From contig PLCB01000016.1 in assembly GCA_003134695.1 (NCBI GenBank), forward strand, positions 3,528-67,527: DNA of 64,000 nt, written 5' to 3'. How positions within the stretch are numbered: position 1 is the stretch's first letter; each line of letters begins with the position of its first letter. A model generated the notes under the pieces. It did no database searches, was not told the origin of the DNA, and was given only the letters and a program-made list of their open reading frames with translations. This document shows, in pieces, positions 42,730 to 55,366 of this stretch. Origin of the DNA: Candidatus Zemynaea palustris. GTDB lineage: Bacteria; Vulcanimicrobiota; Vulcanimicrobiia; Vulcanimicrobiales; Vulcanimicrobiaceae. The translations under genes were made by a program, and so were the position numbers.

Positions 42730-45700
42730 GCGTCGTGAGGTCGGCTCCGATGACGCTCGAGATTCCGGGTTCGGCCATGGTCACGCCGTACATGCGCGCG
42801 GCCAGCTCCATCGTTCTCTTGTTGTGCGTGACCAAGATGATCTGCGCGTTCGAAGCCAGCTCGCGCACCATCGCCGAGAAGCGGTCGATGTTGGCGTCGT
42901 CGAGCGCCGCGTCGACCTCGTCGAGTAGATAGAAGGGCGACGGCTTCACCGCAATCAGGGCAAAGATCAACGCCGACGCCGACATCGCGCGCTCCCCGCC
43001 CGAGAGCGTGGCCAGGGGCATCATCTTCTTCCCCGGCGGCTGAACCGAGAGCTCGATGCCCGTCTCCGAAAGTGACTCGGGATTGGTCTGCCACATCTTC
43101 GCCTGGCCGCCCGGGAAGAGCCGCGCGTAGACGTCTTCGAAAGCGCGCCGAACCAATTCGAACGTCTCGTTGAAGATCGCTTGCGAGGATGCTTCGATCT
43201 GGCGAATCGAATCGAGCAGCGTCTCGCGGGCACGCGCCAGATCTTCGACCTGCTCGACCAGAAAGCGCTCGCGCTCGACCAGGTCGGCGATCTCGGTTTC
43301 GGCGTTGAGGTTGACGTTCTGCAAGCGCGCCAGCTCTTCGCGCAAGCGGGCCGTCTCCGCCACGAACTCGCCTTCCTCACGCGCGTAACGTGCCTCAACG
43401 TCGGCGCACTCTTCGGCGGTCGCCGGATGCTGCGCGAATTGGGCCGCCAGCATGCCGAGCTCGCCGTCGATCTCGGCCAGACGGAGGCGGCCGCCTTCGC
43501 TCTTCTGGGCCGCTTCGCGCTCGGCGTTGCGCGCCGATTGCGCGTCGCTTTCGAGTCCGTTTGCGCGCGCGCCGAGTTCTTCGCGCTCGAGGCGCGCCGC
43601 TTGATGGTCGGCGTCGACGCGCTCGACCCGGGATTTCAGCCCGACCGCCGCCGATTCGCTCTCGCTCAGGCGCGCGCCGAGCGTCGCAAGTTCTTCGCCG
43701 ACCGCCCTGCGAGCTAGGGCGGCGCGCTCGCGATCGGCATCGAGCAACGCCAAGCGGGTCCCGGCGCCGTCGCGCCGCGCAACCAGGGCCGCGACCATCT
43801 CTCGCACGCTCGCGATCTCCGACGCGACGGCGCGTTCGGCGTCTTGCGCGCGCGCGATGGTCTCACGCGCCGCCGCCAGCGCCCGTTCGAGGCGTTCGCG
43901 TTCGGCCAGCGCGACGCTCGGATCGATGGCCGGCCGCTCCAGGAGCGCGAGCCGCTCGCGAGCGATGTTGGTCTGCGCGTCTCGCTCGCTCGCGCGTTCG
44001 AGCAGCGCAGCGATTTCTTGGTTGAGGCGCGCGCGCTCGTTGCGAATCGTCTCGACACGCGAGCGCGAACCGCGCGACGCGATCGCCAACTCAGCTTCGA
44101 CCGAATGCGCCTCGTCGCGCATCCGCGTCGCGGCCGCGTTCTCTTCCGTCGCCGCGGCGGTGGCGGCTTCGGCAAAGACGAGAGCCTGACGTAGTGACGG
44201 AAGCTTTTCGCCAAGGCTCAGCGCTTGCGCGCGGCGCGACAGAATCGCGCGCTCGCGCTGGACGCGACCGCCGGTCATCGCGCCGCCACCCGAGATCTGG
44301 TCGCCATCGAGCGTGACGATCGTGTCGCGGAAACCCTCGCTGCGTACGAGTCGCGTCCCGACGTCCAGCGTTTCGACCACCAGCGTGTGACCGACCAAGA
44401 ACGCGACGATTCCAGCGTAGCGCGGTTGGGTTTGGACCAGCGTGTGCGCGAACCCGATCACGCCGGGGACGCGCGGCAGCGCCGCCGGCTCGCGGCCGCG
44501 ACGCGTGCCGAGGGCGTCGAGCGGCAAAAACGTCGCGCGGCCGAGTTCGTTCTCGCGCAAGAAGGCGATCGCGCTTTCCGCGTCGCCCGAGGTTTCGGTG
44601 ACGATGTGCGAGAGCGCCGGCCCAAACGCCGCGTCCAGCGCGCGCGCGTATTGCTCGTCGACGCGAATCAGATTCGAGACGACGCCGTGGACGCCGCGGA
44701 ACTCGCCGCCGGCGTGCGCTTCGAGGACCGCACGCGTCCCGGCCGCGTGGCCTTCCAGATTCGCTTCGAGTTCTTCGATCGTGTGGAGGCGCGCTTCGGT
44801 GCCGGCGAGTTCGCTCGTCGCGTCGCGAAAATCCGCTTGCGCGTCGGCGAGCGCCTCCGTCGCCGCGCCGGCGCGCGCGTCGGCTTCGAGCGCCTGGCTC
44901 GCCGCGGCCGCCAGCCGCCGCTCGAGATCGTCGAGTTCGGCTTGTGCGGCTTGGAGTTCGTGCGCCCGCGCCGCCGCGTCCTCGCTCTTCCGTTCGGCCT
45001 CCTCACGAAGTTCGAACGCCTCGCGTTCGAGCCGCTCGTATTCGGCTTGCGTCGCTTGGAATTGGGCGCGCCGCTCGGCCTCGCTCGCGGCATGCGATGC
45101 CGCCGACGCTTCGACTGCGCGCAGTGCCGCGAAGATACGGTCGAGCGCGGCGCGCGCGGTCGCCAGCGCTTCCTGCGCGTGCCGTTCGCGCTCGCGCTGC
45201 GCTTCGAGCGCCACGTTGCGCGGCTCGATCTCCGTTTCGAGGCGTTCGAGCGTCCGGCGCAATTCGGCTTGCTCGGTCTCGGCTCGCGCACGATCGTCGG
45301 TGATCAGCGACGACTGGCCTTCGAGCGCCTCGCGCCGCGCGCCGAGTGCCGCACGTTGCGCTTCGAGTTCGGCGAGCTCGGCACGGGTCTGCTGTGACTC
45401 GGCGTGCAGCGCGTCGAGCCGCCGTTCGAGTTCGAGCAATCGTCCGCGCAGCGCCGCGAGATCGGCCTCGACCGCGGCGGCCTTTCCGGCGGCTCCGGCG
45501 CGTTCGGCTTCGAGCTGCTCGAGATCGGTTTGCAGATGCGCGCGCTCGGCGCGCCGTGACGCACTAGCCCGAAGATACGAAAGGATCTCGAGATCGCGCA
45601 GCCGCGCCGACGCACGACGGTAACGGCGCGCGCGGCGCGCTTGCGTCTCGAGTTCGGGGACCCGCGCGCGAATCTCGGTCAAGAGATCGTTGATGCGGAT

Positions 45701-46264
45701 GCCGTTAATTTCAGTTTGCTCCAGACGGCGCAGCGATTCGGCTTTGCGCGCCAAGAATTTGCTGATTCCGGAAGTCTCCTCGAAGAGGCTGCGACGCTCG
45801 GTCGGCTTCGAGGAGAGGATCGCGTCGATCTGACCTTGCGAAACCATCGAATACGAACCCGGTCCGAGGCCCGTGCCCATCAAGAGATCGATGATGTCGC
45901 GCAAGCGAACCGCCTGCCGATTGATGAAGAATTCGCTCTCGCCGGCCCGATAGGCGCGACGCGTGATCTGCACTTCGAGGGCGTCGATCTTCAGCGCCCC
46001 GTCGGCGTTGTCGAACGTCAGCGCGACCTCGGCCATCCCGAGCGGCTTGCGCCGCTCGTTGCCGACGAAGATCACGTCCTCGGTCTTGCCGGTGCGCAAG
46101 CTTTTGGGGCTCTGTTCGCCGAGCACCCAACGAATCGCGTCGACGAGATTCGACTTCCCTGAGCCGTTTGGTCCGACGACCGCGGTGATGCCTTGTTCGA
46201 ACGAAAGCATCGTCTGCTCGGCGAACGTCTTGAAACCGAAGAGGCGCAGCTCTTTGAGTTTCAT
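42701..46264 (-). CDS. smc: chromosome condensation/segregation protein SMC
   Basis: 1187 aa. N-terminal Walker A GPNGSGKSN, long Ala/Glu/Arg-rich coiled coils with a central hinge, and C-terminal LSGGERA and Walker B FYLLDEVDAALD. Confidence 0.95.
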   Translation of the reverse strand: MKLKELRLFGFKTFAEQTMLSFEQGITAVVGPNGSGKSNLVDAIRWVLGEQSPKSLRTGKTEDVIFVGNERRKPLGMAEVALTFDNADGALKIDALEVQITRRAYRAGESEFFINRQAVRLRDIIDLLMGTGLGPGSYSMVSQGQIDAILSSKPTERRSLFEETSGISKFLARKAESLRRLEQTEINGIRINDLLTEIRARVPELETQARRARRYRRASARLRDLEILSYLRASASRRAERAHLQTDLEQLEAERAGAAGKAAAVEADLAALRGRLLELERRLDALHAESQQTRAELAELEAQRAALGARREALEGQSSLITDDRARAETEQAELRRTLERLETEIEPRNVALEAQRERERHAQEALATARAALDRIFAALRAVEASAASHAASEAERRAQFQATQAEYERLEREAFELREEAERKSEDAAARAHELQAAQAELDDLERRLAAAASQALEADARAGAATEALADAQADFRDATSELAGTEARLHTIEELEANLEGHAAGTRAVLEAHAGGEFRGVHGVVSNLIRVDEQYARALDAAFGPALSHIVTETSGDAESAIAFLRENELGRATFLPLDALGTRRGREPAALPRVPGVIGFAHTLVQTQPRYAGIVAFLVGHTLVVETLDVGTRLVRSEGFRDTIVTLDGDQISGGGAMTGGRVQRERAILSRRAQALSLGEKLPSLRQALVFAEAATAAATEENAAATRMRDEAHSVEAELAIASRGSRSRVETIRNERARLNQEIAALLERASERDAQTNIARERLALLERPAIDPSVALAERERLERALAAARETIARAQDAERAVASEIASVREMVAALVARRDGAGTRLALLDADRERAALARRAVGEELATLGARLSESESAAVGLKSRVERVDADHQAARLEREELGARANGLESDAQSARNAEREAAQKSEGGRLRLAEIDGELGMLAAQFAQHPATAEECADVEARYAREEGEFVAETARLREELARLQNVNLNAETEIADLVERERFLVEQVEDLARARETLLDSIRQIEASSQAIFNETFELVRRAFEDVYARLFPGGQAKMWQTNPESLSETGIELSVQPPGKKMMPLATLSGGERAMSASALIFALIAVKPSPFYLLDEVDAALDDANIDRFSAMVRELASNAQIILVTHNKRTMELAARMYGVTMAEPGISSVIGADLTTLAPETALAG

Positions 46265-47025
46265 TACGCGGTACGCTTCCGAGTCCGAGCGACTCGCGTG
46301 ACCGGCGCCGAGAGCGCGCGCGGAGCCACGTCTTCGTCGCGCGCGCGTAGGACGTCGAGCGCGCCGGCGGCGGCGGCGCGTTGCGCCGCTTTCTTACTCG
46401 GGCCGCTGCCGCTCGCGAGGATTTCTTCGTTGACGGCGACCTCGGCATGGAAAGTACGGTCGTGCGCCGGGCCTTCGAATAGCTCGCGATACGCCGGGAC
46501 GACGGCATAGCGCCGCTGACTCCATTCTTGCAAGATCGTCTTCGGATCGTCGAGCGTCGTGAGCCTCTTCTCGCGCTCGGTCAGATGCTCGCGCACCACG
46601 AACGCCGCGACCTTTTCGAATCCGGCTTCGAAGTAGAGCGCCGCGATAAAAGCCTCGAGCGCGTCGGCAAAGACCGAGACGCGGCGGCGCACCAAACTCA
46701 AGCCCCCGCCGGAGACGACGAGTTCGCCGAACTCGAGCCGCTCGGCCGTCTCCGCGAGCGCGAGGTCGCTACAGAGCGACGCCTTGCGCAGCGACAACTC
46801 GCCCTCGCTCGCGTTGGGGTAGCGCTGGTACAGCCAGCGCGCGACGACCAGACCGAGGATCGCGTCGCCGACGAATTCGAGCCGCTCGTACGACGACGTC
46901 GCGCGCCCCTCGTGAACGGCGCTCGGATGCACGAAGGCCGGCTCGAGCGCCGCGGGATCGACGCCGCGCAGCGCGACGCGCTTGAGCAGTGCTCGCAGGC
47001 GCTGGCGTCGACTCTCGCCCGCCAA
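46264..47025 (-). CDS. rnc: ribonuclease III
   Basis: RNase III signature ERLEFVGDAILG and a C-terminal dsRBD (SGSGPSKKAAQRAAA). Confidence 0.9.
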   Translation of the reverse strand: MAGESRRQRLRALLKRVALRGVDPAALEPAFVHPSAVHEGRATSSYERLEFVGDAILGLVVARWLYQRYPNASEGELSLRKASLCSDLALAETAERLEFGELVVSGGGLSLVRRRVSVFADALEAFIAALYFEAGFEKVAAFVVREHLTEREKRLTTLDDPKTILQEWSQRRYAVVPAYRELFEGPAHDRTFHAEVAVNEEILASGSGPSKKAAQRAAAAGALDVLRARDEDVAPRALSAPVTRVARTRKRTA

Positions 47026-47026
47026 G

Positions 47027-48280
47027 TTACTCTTTGTACTTTCCGAACACTAAGACGCTGTTGTGCCCGCCGAAACCGAACGAATTGGAAAGCGCGATGT
47101 CGACTTTCGCTTTGCGCGCGACGTTCGGAACGTAATCGAGCGTGCACTCGGGATCCGGAAACTCGTAGTTGATCGTCGGCGGCATGATGTCGTGGTGAAC
47201 TGCCAGCGCCGTTACCACGCCTTCCAGCGCGCCAGCCGCGCCGAGCGCGTGCCCGTGCATGCTCTTGGTCGAACTGACCGCGAATTTGTGACCGCCAGCA
47301 CCGATGACGCGGTCGAGCGCTTGCGACTCGGCCAGGTCGCCCATCGGCGTCGAGGTTCCGTGCGCGTTCACGTAATCGACTTGGTCGGAACGAATCCCGA
47401 TGCTTTCGAATGCACGTGACAACGCGAGTTCGACGCCGTGGCCGGTTGGATCGACCGCGACGAGGTCGTAGGCGTCGGCCGATTGACCGTAGCCGAAAAA
47501 CTCGGCATAGATGCGCGCGCCGCGTTTGCGCGCGAAGTCGAGCTCCTCGAGGATCAAGATCGCGCCGCCTTCGGCGAGGACGAACCCGTCGCGTTCTTTG
47601 TCGAACGGACGGCTGGCTTTCGTCGGCTCGTCGTTGCGCGTCGAAAACGCCTTCATCGAATCAAAGCCGCCCATCGCGATGTCGGCGATCGCAGCCTCAG
47701 AACCGCCGCTGACCATCGCGATCGCGTTGCCGTGCGCGATCGAGTCGTAAGCGATCGCGAGCGCATCGTTCGCACTCGCGCAGGCGCTCGAGACCGCGAA
47801 CATCGGCCCGCGCAGCCGTTCCCGCATCGAGATCTGCGCGGGCGCGGCGTTACTCATCAGCATCGGGACGAAGAACGGGCTGATGCGGCCGGCGGTCTTT
47901 TGTTCGCGCGCTTTGGTGACGGTCTCTTGAATCGTAATCATGCCGCCGATGCCGCTCGCGACGATGGCGCCCGTGTCCTTGCGCACCTCGTCGTCCTGGG
48001 GAAAATTCGCATCGGCGAGCGCCTCGCCCGCCGCGACCATCGCGAACTGCGCGAAGCGATCCATCCGGCGCGCGTCGCGCCGACCGAGCAGCACGTCGGG
48101 TTCGAAGCCCTTGACTTCCGCGGCGATGTGGCAGCGCAAGCCGGCGGCCACGGGGTCGAAGGCGGTAACCCGCGCGACGCCGCTCTCACCGGCGACCAGC
48201 CGGCGCCAGAATTCGTCTTTGGTATTCCCCAGGGGCGTGACGGCGCCGAGCCCGGTGATGACGACCCGTTTCTTAACCAA
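47027..48280 (-). CDS. fabF: 3-oxoacyl-ACP synthase II
   Basis: [16 protein letters not shown], active-site [22 protein letters not shown]. Start set at TTG 48280 with GGAG 3 nt upstream. The ORF extends to 48361. Confidence 0.9.
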   Translation of the reverse strand: MVKKRVVITGLGAVTPLGNTKDEFWRRLVAGESGVARVTAFDPVAAGLRCHIAAEVKGFEPDVLLGRRDARRMDRFAQFAMVAAGEALADANFPQDDEVRKDTGAIVASGIGGMITIQETVTKAREQKTAGRISPFFVPMLMSNAAPAQISMRERLRGPMFAVSSACASANDALAIAYDSIAHGNAIAMVSGGSEAAIADIAMGGFDSMKAFSTRNDEPTKASRPFDKERDGFVLAEGGAILILEELDFARKRGARIYAEFFGYGQSADAYDLVAVDPTGHGVELALSRAFESIGIRSDQVDYVNAHGTSTPMGDLAESQALDRVIGAGGHKFAVSSTKSMHGHALGAAGALEGVVTALAVHHDIMPPTINYEFPDPECTLDYVPNVARKAKVDIALSNSFGFGGHNSVLVFGKYKE

Positions 48281-48381
48281 AATCTCCGACTGATTCTCCC
48301 CGCCGCTGTTGCCACCCGCGCCGGTGAGGGGCCTGCCCCGTCGCGGGACGCCCGTCTCCAAGGCCGATCCGGCCCCTCGGG

Positions 48382-48410
48382 TTGCGCGCCCGCAACGGCC
48401 CCTGTATACT
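48382..48410 (+). promoter_or_regulatory. rpmA promoter (very short leader)
   Basis: TTGCGC (48382-48387), a 17-nt spacer and TATACT (48405-48410). The rpmA ATG is at 48421. Confidence 0.5.
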
Positions 48411-48420
48411 GAGGCCCGTC

Positions 48421-48699
48421 ATGTTTCGGTTTGACCTCCAACTCCTCGCCTCGAAGAAGGGCGCCGGCTCGACCCGGAACGGCCGCGATTCCAATGCCCA
48501 GCGCCTGGGCATCAAGCGCTTCGGCGGTGAGTCGGTTTTGGCCGGAAACATCCTCGTACGCCAACGGGGCACGAAGTTCTATCCCGGCGACGGCGTCGGA
48601 ATGGGGAGGGACAACACCCTGTTCGCGCTGGTCGCCGGCACCGTCCGCTTCATCGAAAAGCGCAACCGCAAGCACGTCCACGTACTTGCGGAGGCCTGA
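48421..48699 (+). CDS. rpmA: 50S ribosomal protein L27 with N-terminal propeptide
   Basis: From ATG 48421: [36 protein letters not shown]... The mature-type sequence begins at ASKKG. Confidence 0.9.
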   Translation: MFRFDLQLLASKKGAGSTRNGRDSNAQRLGIKRFGGESVLAGNILVRQRGTKFYPGDGVGMGRDNTLFALVAGTVRFIEKRNRKHVHVLAEA

Positions 48700-48727
48700 C
48701 GGTTCAGAGGAAACGATGACCGCCCCA

Positions 48728-48752
48728 GGAGCCTTCGGGCTCTTTTTGTTTT
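48728..48752 (+). terminator. short intrinsic terminator/attenuator between rpmA and obg
   Basis: GGAGCC-TTCG-GGCTCT hairpin followed by TTTTGTTTT. The obg ATG is 9 nt further on. Confidence 0.5.
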
Positions 48753-48754
48753 AG

Positions 48755-50611
<1,857 letters not shown>

Positions 50612-50622
<11 letters not shown>

Positions 50623-51874
50623 CACGAACGCCGCGCACGCGATCGGCGGAGTCGACGTCGCGGCGCTCGCGAGCGCTTACGCGACGCCGTTATTGGCCCT
50701 CGACACCGACGTCTTCGACGCAGCCGTCGCGCGCTTCGCCGAACTCGGCGCGGCCCTCGAGATCGACGTGGCCTACGCTGGGAAGGCCTTGCTCGTGGTC
50801 GCGCTGGCCGAGCGTTTGAAGAAAACGCCGTTGCGCCTGGACGTCTGCTCGCTCGGCGAATTGCACACGGCCGAACGAGCCGGTTTTCCGGCGGCTCGCA
50901 TGGTGCTGCACGGCTGCGGAAAGACCGATGAAGAACTAGCCGCCGCCGCCGGCGGCCGCGTCGCGCGGGTCGTGGTCGATCACCGCGAAGAGTTGGAGCG
51001 GCTCGCCGAGATTGCCCAGCGTGCGGCGCCGGTCGAGATTCTGTTGCGCCTCAATCCCGGGATCGAGGCGCACACGCACGCCTACGTTCGCACCGGCGGC
51101 GAAGATTCGAAGTTCGGCTTCGCGCTCGGCGACGTCGACGCCGCGATCGAACGTGCGCTTGGCGCACCGGCGTTGCGACTCGTCGGCGTGCACAGTCATC
51201 TCGGCTCGAACATCTTCGAAGCGACGCCGTACGAGGCCAGTCTCAGCATCGCACTCGAGGTTTGCGCGCGCGCCGCCGGGCGGGGAGCGCCGATACGGGA
51301 AGTCATCGTCGGTGGCGGCTTTGGCGTCGACTCACATCCGAACGGCGAACGTTTGGATCTCGCGGCGACGTTGAACGCGCTCGTCGCGCACCTTCATAAG
51401 GAAGCGCGACGGCTCGGCGTCGCCGCACCTCGTCTCGGCATCGAACCCGGCCGCGCCATCGTCGCCGCAGCCGGAACGAGTCTCTATCGCGTCGTCACGG
51501 TCAAGCGTCAAGGGATGCGCCGCTTCGCGATCGTCGACGGAAGCCTCGCCGACAACCCGCGCCCCGCGATCTACGGCGCGTACCATCATCCGGTTGCGGT
51601 CGGCCGCGCTTTCGCAGCCGAATTCGAGGAAACGACGGTGTGCGGACGCTCGTGCGAAAACGACGAGTTGGTCGTGGCGCCGTTACCGCTCGATCTGCGC
51701 GCGGGCGACCTGCTCGCGCTGCACAGTACCGGAGCGTACACGTTCAGCATGGCGAGCAACTACAACCGCTTTCCGCGGCCGCCGGTCGTGTTCGCGGGCG
51801 GCGGCCGACACCGCGCCGTCGTGCGACGCGAGTCGCTGGACGATCTCGTGCGGAACGATGTCGCGGGCGAGTAG
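50612..51874 (+). CDS. lysA: diaminopimelate decarboxylase
   Basis: 420 aa fold-III PLP decarboxylase: YAGKAL, HSHLGS, GGGFGV, CGRSCENDE, GAYTFSMASNYN. Confidence 0.9.
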
Positions 51875-52277
51875 CCTGGCGCTTGCCGCGCTCGCGGCGC
51901 TGGGTGCCTGCGCGCCGGCCGGCGGCGACTCGGGCAACGGCGCGGTCTACCAAGCCTGGGCGGCGCACCGCTCGCGGGTCGAGGTCACGGCGACCGGCAG
52001 CGTCGCCCGGGTCCTGGGGACGCGTTCGGGCCCGAGCGGCCGTCACGAAGGCTTCCTCGTCCACTTGCGCGGCGCGGCCGGGCACGGCCTGACGGTCCGG
52101 GTCGAGGCCAACGTCGATATTACCGGGTTGATTCCGCTGTCGGCGGGGAACGACGTCGAAGTGCGCGGCGAATACATCTACGACGAGCTTGGCGGCCTGA
52201 TTCATTTCACGCATCACGACCCGCGTGGGACGCATTCGGGCGGGTATGTCCGCGTCGGTAGCCTCGTTTACAGCTGA
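51858..52277 (+). CDS. DUF3465-like lipoprotein
   Basis: From ATG 51858. Lipobox LAALGAC. Motif RHEGFLVHL...GEYIYDELGGLIHFTHHDP. Confidence 0.6.
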   Translation: MSRASSLALAALAALGACAPAGGDSGNGAVYQAWAAHRSRVEVTATGSVARVLGTRSGPSGRHEGFLVHLRGAAGHGLTVRVEANVDITGLIPLSAGNDVEVRGEYIYDELGGLIHFTHHDPRGTHSGGYVRVGSLVYS

Positions 52278-52334
52278 AAAGCCACCGATACAGTCTGAAA
52301 GACCACCGCACGCCACGATCGCGATGCGGCTCCC

Positions 52335-52364
52335 TATACAAATCGGTCTTGAAATCTCTATACT
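52335..52364 (+). promoter_or_regulatory. candidate maf-mreBCD-mrdA promoter (leaderless)
   Basis: TATACA (52335-52340), an 18-nt spacer and TATACT (52359-52364). ATG 52370 is 5 nt downstream. The -35 element is weak. Confidence 0.35.
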
Positions 52365-52369
52365 CATCA

Positions 52370-52972
52370 ATGCGTGAACTTCATGAGATCGTGCTTGCGA
52401 GCGTCTCACCCCGGCGACGCGAACTGCTCGCGTCGCTCGGTTTGCGCGTCATCGTCGTCCCCAGTGAGATCGATGAAGGCCACCGGCAAGGATTTCGTCC
52501 CCCCGAATTGGCGCAGCTCCATGCCGACGCAAAGGCGCAGGCCGTCGCCGCGCGCGAGCTCGCCCACGTGATCCTCGCCGCCGACACGGTCGTCGACGTC
52601 GACGGCGTCTCGCTGGGGAAGCCTCGCGACCGCGCTGAGGCTGCCGCGATGCTCGGCCGTCTGGCCGGCCGCGAGCACCTCGTCCACACCGCCTACGCGC
52701 TCGTCGACCCGCCTGGCGGGCGACGGCTTGCCGAGACGGTCACCACCCGCGTCCGCTTCTACCCGCTCGGCCAAGACGAGATCGACGCGTACGTCGCGAC
52801 CGGAGACCCGCTCGACAAGGCCGGCGCCTACGGGATTCAAGGCCGCGGCGCTGCACTCGTCGAGCGAATCGACGGCGATTTCTATACCGTCATGGGGTTG
52901 CCGCTCGGCCGGGTCGTCCGCGGCTTGGAAAGTCTCGGCTACGCCCTTCCGGGAACGCGAGCGATCGAATGA
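52370..52972 (+). CDS. maf: Maf-like nucleoside triphosphate pyrophosphatase
   Basis: From ATG 52370 (MRELHEIVLASVSPRRRELL...). Also KAGAYGIQG. TTG 52349 is the alternative start. Confidence 0.85.
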   Translation: MRELHEIVLASVSPRRRELLASLGLRVIVVPSEIDEGHRQGFRPPELAQLHADAKAQAVAARELAHVILAADTVVDVDGVSLGKPRDRAEAAAMLGRLAGREHLVHTAYALVDPPGGRRLAETVTTRVRFYPLGQDEIDAYVATGDPLDKAGAYGIQGRGAALVERIDGDFYTVMGLPLGRVVRGLESLGYALPGTRAIE

Positions 52973-54066
52973 TAAAGCCCTTCATCGGTTCGATGCGCGC
53001 GACGCTTTCGGGACCCGATATCGGGCTCGATCTCGGCACCGCGAACACGGTCGCTTACGAACGTGGAGCCGGCGTCATCGTCAGCGAGCCGTCGGTGGTA
53101 GCGTACGATACCGGAACCGACGCGGTCATCGCGATCGGCAACTCCGCGAAGGAGATGGAAGGCCGCGCGACCGGCCGCATCAGGATCGTTCGCCCGCTGC
53201 GGCGCGGCACGATCTCGGACTTTCGCGGTGCGCACGCCTTGGTCGGTCGAATCGTGGAGCGTGCAATGACGGCGCGCGTGCGCGTCGCGCCGCGTCTGGT
53301 TGCGTCGATCCCGGGCTGTGCGACCGACATCGAGTGCAAGGCGGTCGAGACCGCCGTGCGTGCGGCGGGGGCGCGTTCGTGCACCTACGTCCCGCAAGCG
53401 ATCGCCGCCGCCGTCGGCGCCGGCATGGACATCATGCGGATCCCCGCGCAGCTGATCGTCGACATCGGGGGCGGCACGACGGAGATCGCGATCATCGCGC
53501 AAATGGGCATCATCCGCATGCTCTCGTTGCAGACCGGCGGGGACGATCTCGACGAAGCCATCCGCCAAAAACTGCGCGCGCAACGCTTCTTGGTCGGGCC
53601 GCTGACGGCCGAGCGACTCAAGATCGAACTCGGCTACGCCGGCCGGCCCCCCGGCCGTGCGCCCGCGATCGTCAAGGGAATCGATCTCGACGCCGCCGCG
53701 CCGCGCGCGCGTGAAGTGTCGGAGGCGCTCATCGGCGAAGGGATGCGTGACGGAATCGACCGTATCGTGCGCGGCATCGTCTCGGTGATCGAGCGAACCG
53801 CCCCGGACGTTGCGGCGGACCTGATCGAAACCGGAATCACGTTGACCGGCGGCGGGGCGTGCATTACGGGAATCGCACACGAAATCGGCAGCCGCACGGG
53901 CGTGCCGACGACGGTTGCGCCCGAACCGCTTCTCTGCGTCGCCCGCGGCGCCGGTGAAATTCTCGGCTCGGCGCCGCTGCTCGAACGGTTACGTCCACAC
54001 GCGGACAAGATCACCAGGTGGTACCAATCTTTACGTATCGGGATGAGAGAAAGTTATTCGCCGTAA
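52969..54066 (+). CDS. mreB: rod shape-determining protein MreB (divergent)
   Basis: Actin-fold motifs IGLDLGTANT, DIGGGTTEIAI and LTGGGA. ATG overlaps the maf stop (ATGA). Confidence 0.9.
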   Translation: MIKPFIGSMRATLSGPDIGLDLGTANTVAYERGAGVIVSEPSVVAYDTGTDAVIAIGNSAKEMEGRATGRIRIVRPLRRGTISDFRGAHALVGRIVERAMTARVRVAPRLVASIPGCATDIECKAVETAVRAAGARSCTYVPQAIAAAVGAGMDIMRIPAQLIVDIGGGTTEIAIIAQMGIIRMLSLQTGGDDLDEAIRQKLRAQRFLVGPLTAERLKIELGYAGRPPGRAPAIVKGIDLDAAAPRAREVSEALIGEGMRDGIDRIVRGIVSVIERTAPDVAADLIETGITLTGGGACITGIAHEIGSRTGVPTTVAPEPLLCVARGAGEILGSAPLLERLRPHADKITRWYQSLRIGMRESYSP

Positions 54067-54812
54067 TCGGCGCGATCATCGTCGCGGCGCTCATCGCTCT
54101 CGTCCAAATCGAAGGGGCCCGCTCCGGTAAACCGAGCTTTCTGAGTTCGGGGGCCACGTCGGTGTTCGGATTTTTGCAGAGCGGAATCTCGGTCGTCGGC
54201 GCATTCTTGAGCGCGCCGCATCTGATCGGCGAGAACGCCGCGCTCGCCGAACGCAACCTCGCGCTCGAAGCGGAAAACGTTCGCCTGCGCGAAGCGCTGT
54301 CGACGCAACCCGACGTTGCCTCGATCCAGCGTGCCTCGGCGCACGAGCCCGGAGGAATCGTCGCTGCGACGATCGGCTTCGATCCGGAAAATCAATCGCG
54401 CATCGTGACGATCAACAAAGGTTCGCAGGCCGGCGTTCGGCTCGACGCCGGCGTAATCGATGAAGCGGGCGTCGTCGGGCGGGTCGTCGTCGTCGAGCCG
54501 TTCACGAGCAAAGTCTTGCTGCTGACCGACGCGACGAGCAAAGTTCCGGCGGTCGTGCAGCGCGGGCGTTGGTGGGGGATCGCCACCGGCACCAACACGC
54601 GCGTCCAGCTCCAGTACGTCTCGCAAGATGCAAAATTGCAGCGCGGCGATCTGATCGTCACCGGCGAAGGCCGATCGTTTCATGCCGGTTTGCCGATCGG
54701 CCGCGTCGTCCAGATTTTCCATTCGGAGGGCGCTCTCTACCAGACCGCACTGGTGGAACCGGTCGTCGCGTTCGGCCGCTTGAGCCGCGTCCTCGTGCTC
54801 GCGCACCGATGA
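54018..54812 (+). CDS. mreC: rod shape-determining protein MreC
   Basis: N-terminal TM segment, coiled coil (ENAALAERNLALEAENVRLREAL), and a beta-rich C-terminal domain (VVGRVVVVEPFTSKVLLLTD). GTG start overlaps the mreB tail. Confidence 0.8.
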   Translation: MVPIFTYRDERKLFAVIGAIIVAALIALVQIEGARSGKPSFLSSGATSVFGFLQSGISVVGAFLSAPHLIGENAALAERNLALEAENVRLREALSTQPDVASIQRASAHEPGGIVAATIGFDPENQSRIVTINKGSQAGVRLDAGVIDEAGVVGRVVVVEPFTSKVLLLTDATSKVPAVVQRGRWWGIATGTNTRVQLQYVSQDAKLQRGDLIVTGEGRSFHAGLPIGRVVQIFHSEGALYQTALVEPVVAFGRLSRVLVLAHR

Positions 54813-55366
54813 GCCGGAGCGTTCGAGCGGTCGGGCCCTTCGGCGGCGCGCCGCCGGCACTCATTTTGGACCCGCCTGCATGGTGGAAGGTCGTGCTGGC
54901 GCTCGTCATCGCGCTGCTCGTTCAGACGACGATCGCACCGTATCTCGCGATCCGCGGCGCGACGCCGAGCCTCGTCTTGCTCTTGGTGCTCTGGTACGGC
55001 CTGCGCACCAATTTCGCGGCCGGACTCTTGTTCGGCACGATTGCCGGCGCGCTGGAAGACGCGCTCGCGGGCTGGACGGGCGCCGCCTGGACGATCTCGA
55101 GTGCGCTCGTCGGCGCGCTCGCGGGAAGAACCGCCGGAACGTTTGTGACCGAGTCGCGTCTGTGGCTCATGCCGTACGTTGCGCTCGCGACCGTGGTGCG
55201 CTACGGCATCTACGCGGTCGTGTTACGCGCCGAGGGACATGTGGTCGCACTGCCGGCGACGCACGCGCACGCGCTGTTCTGGCAAGCGCTCCTCAACGGC
55301 CTGATCGCGTACCTGGTCCTCACCTTCGTCCCCAAATCGGTGGTTTCGCGTGTCGGCCTCCGCTGA
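54809..55366 (+). CDS. mreD: rod shape-determining protein MreD
   Basis: From ATG 54809 (ATGA overlap with the mreC stop). Polytopic small membrane protein in the canonical position. Confidence 0.7.
   Translation: MSRSVRAVGPFGGAPPALILDPPAWWKVVLALVIALLVQTTIAPYLAIRGATPSLVLLLVLWYGLRTNFAAGLLFGTIAGALEDALAGWTGAAWTISSALVGALAGRTAGTFVTESRLWLMPYVALATVVRYGIYAVVLRAEGHVVALPATHAHALFWQALLNGLIAYLVLTFVPKSVVSRVGLR

Noticed and set aside
43100-45700. Highly repetitive GC-rich DNA with many short inverted repeats inside smc.
   Set aside because: It encodes the Ala/Glu/Arg/Leu-rich coiled-coil arms of SMC. The repetition reflects heptad composition, not a DNA-level element.
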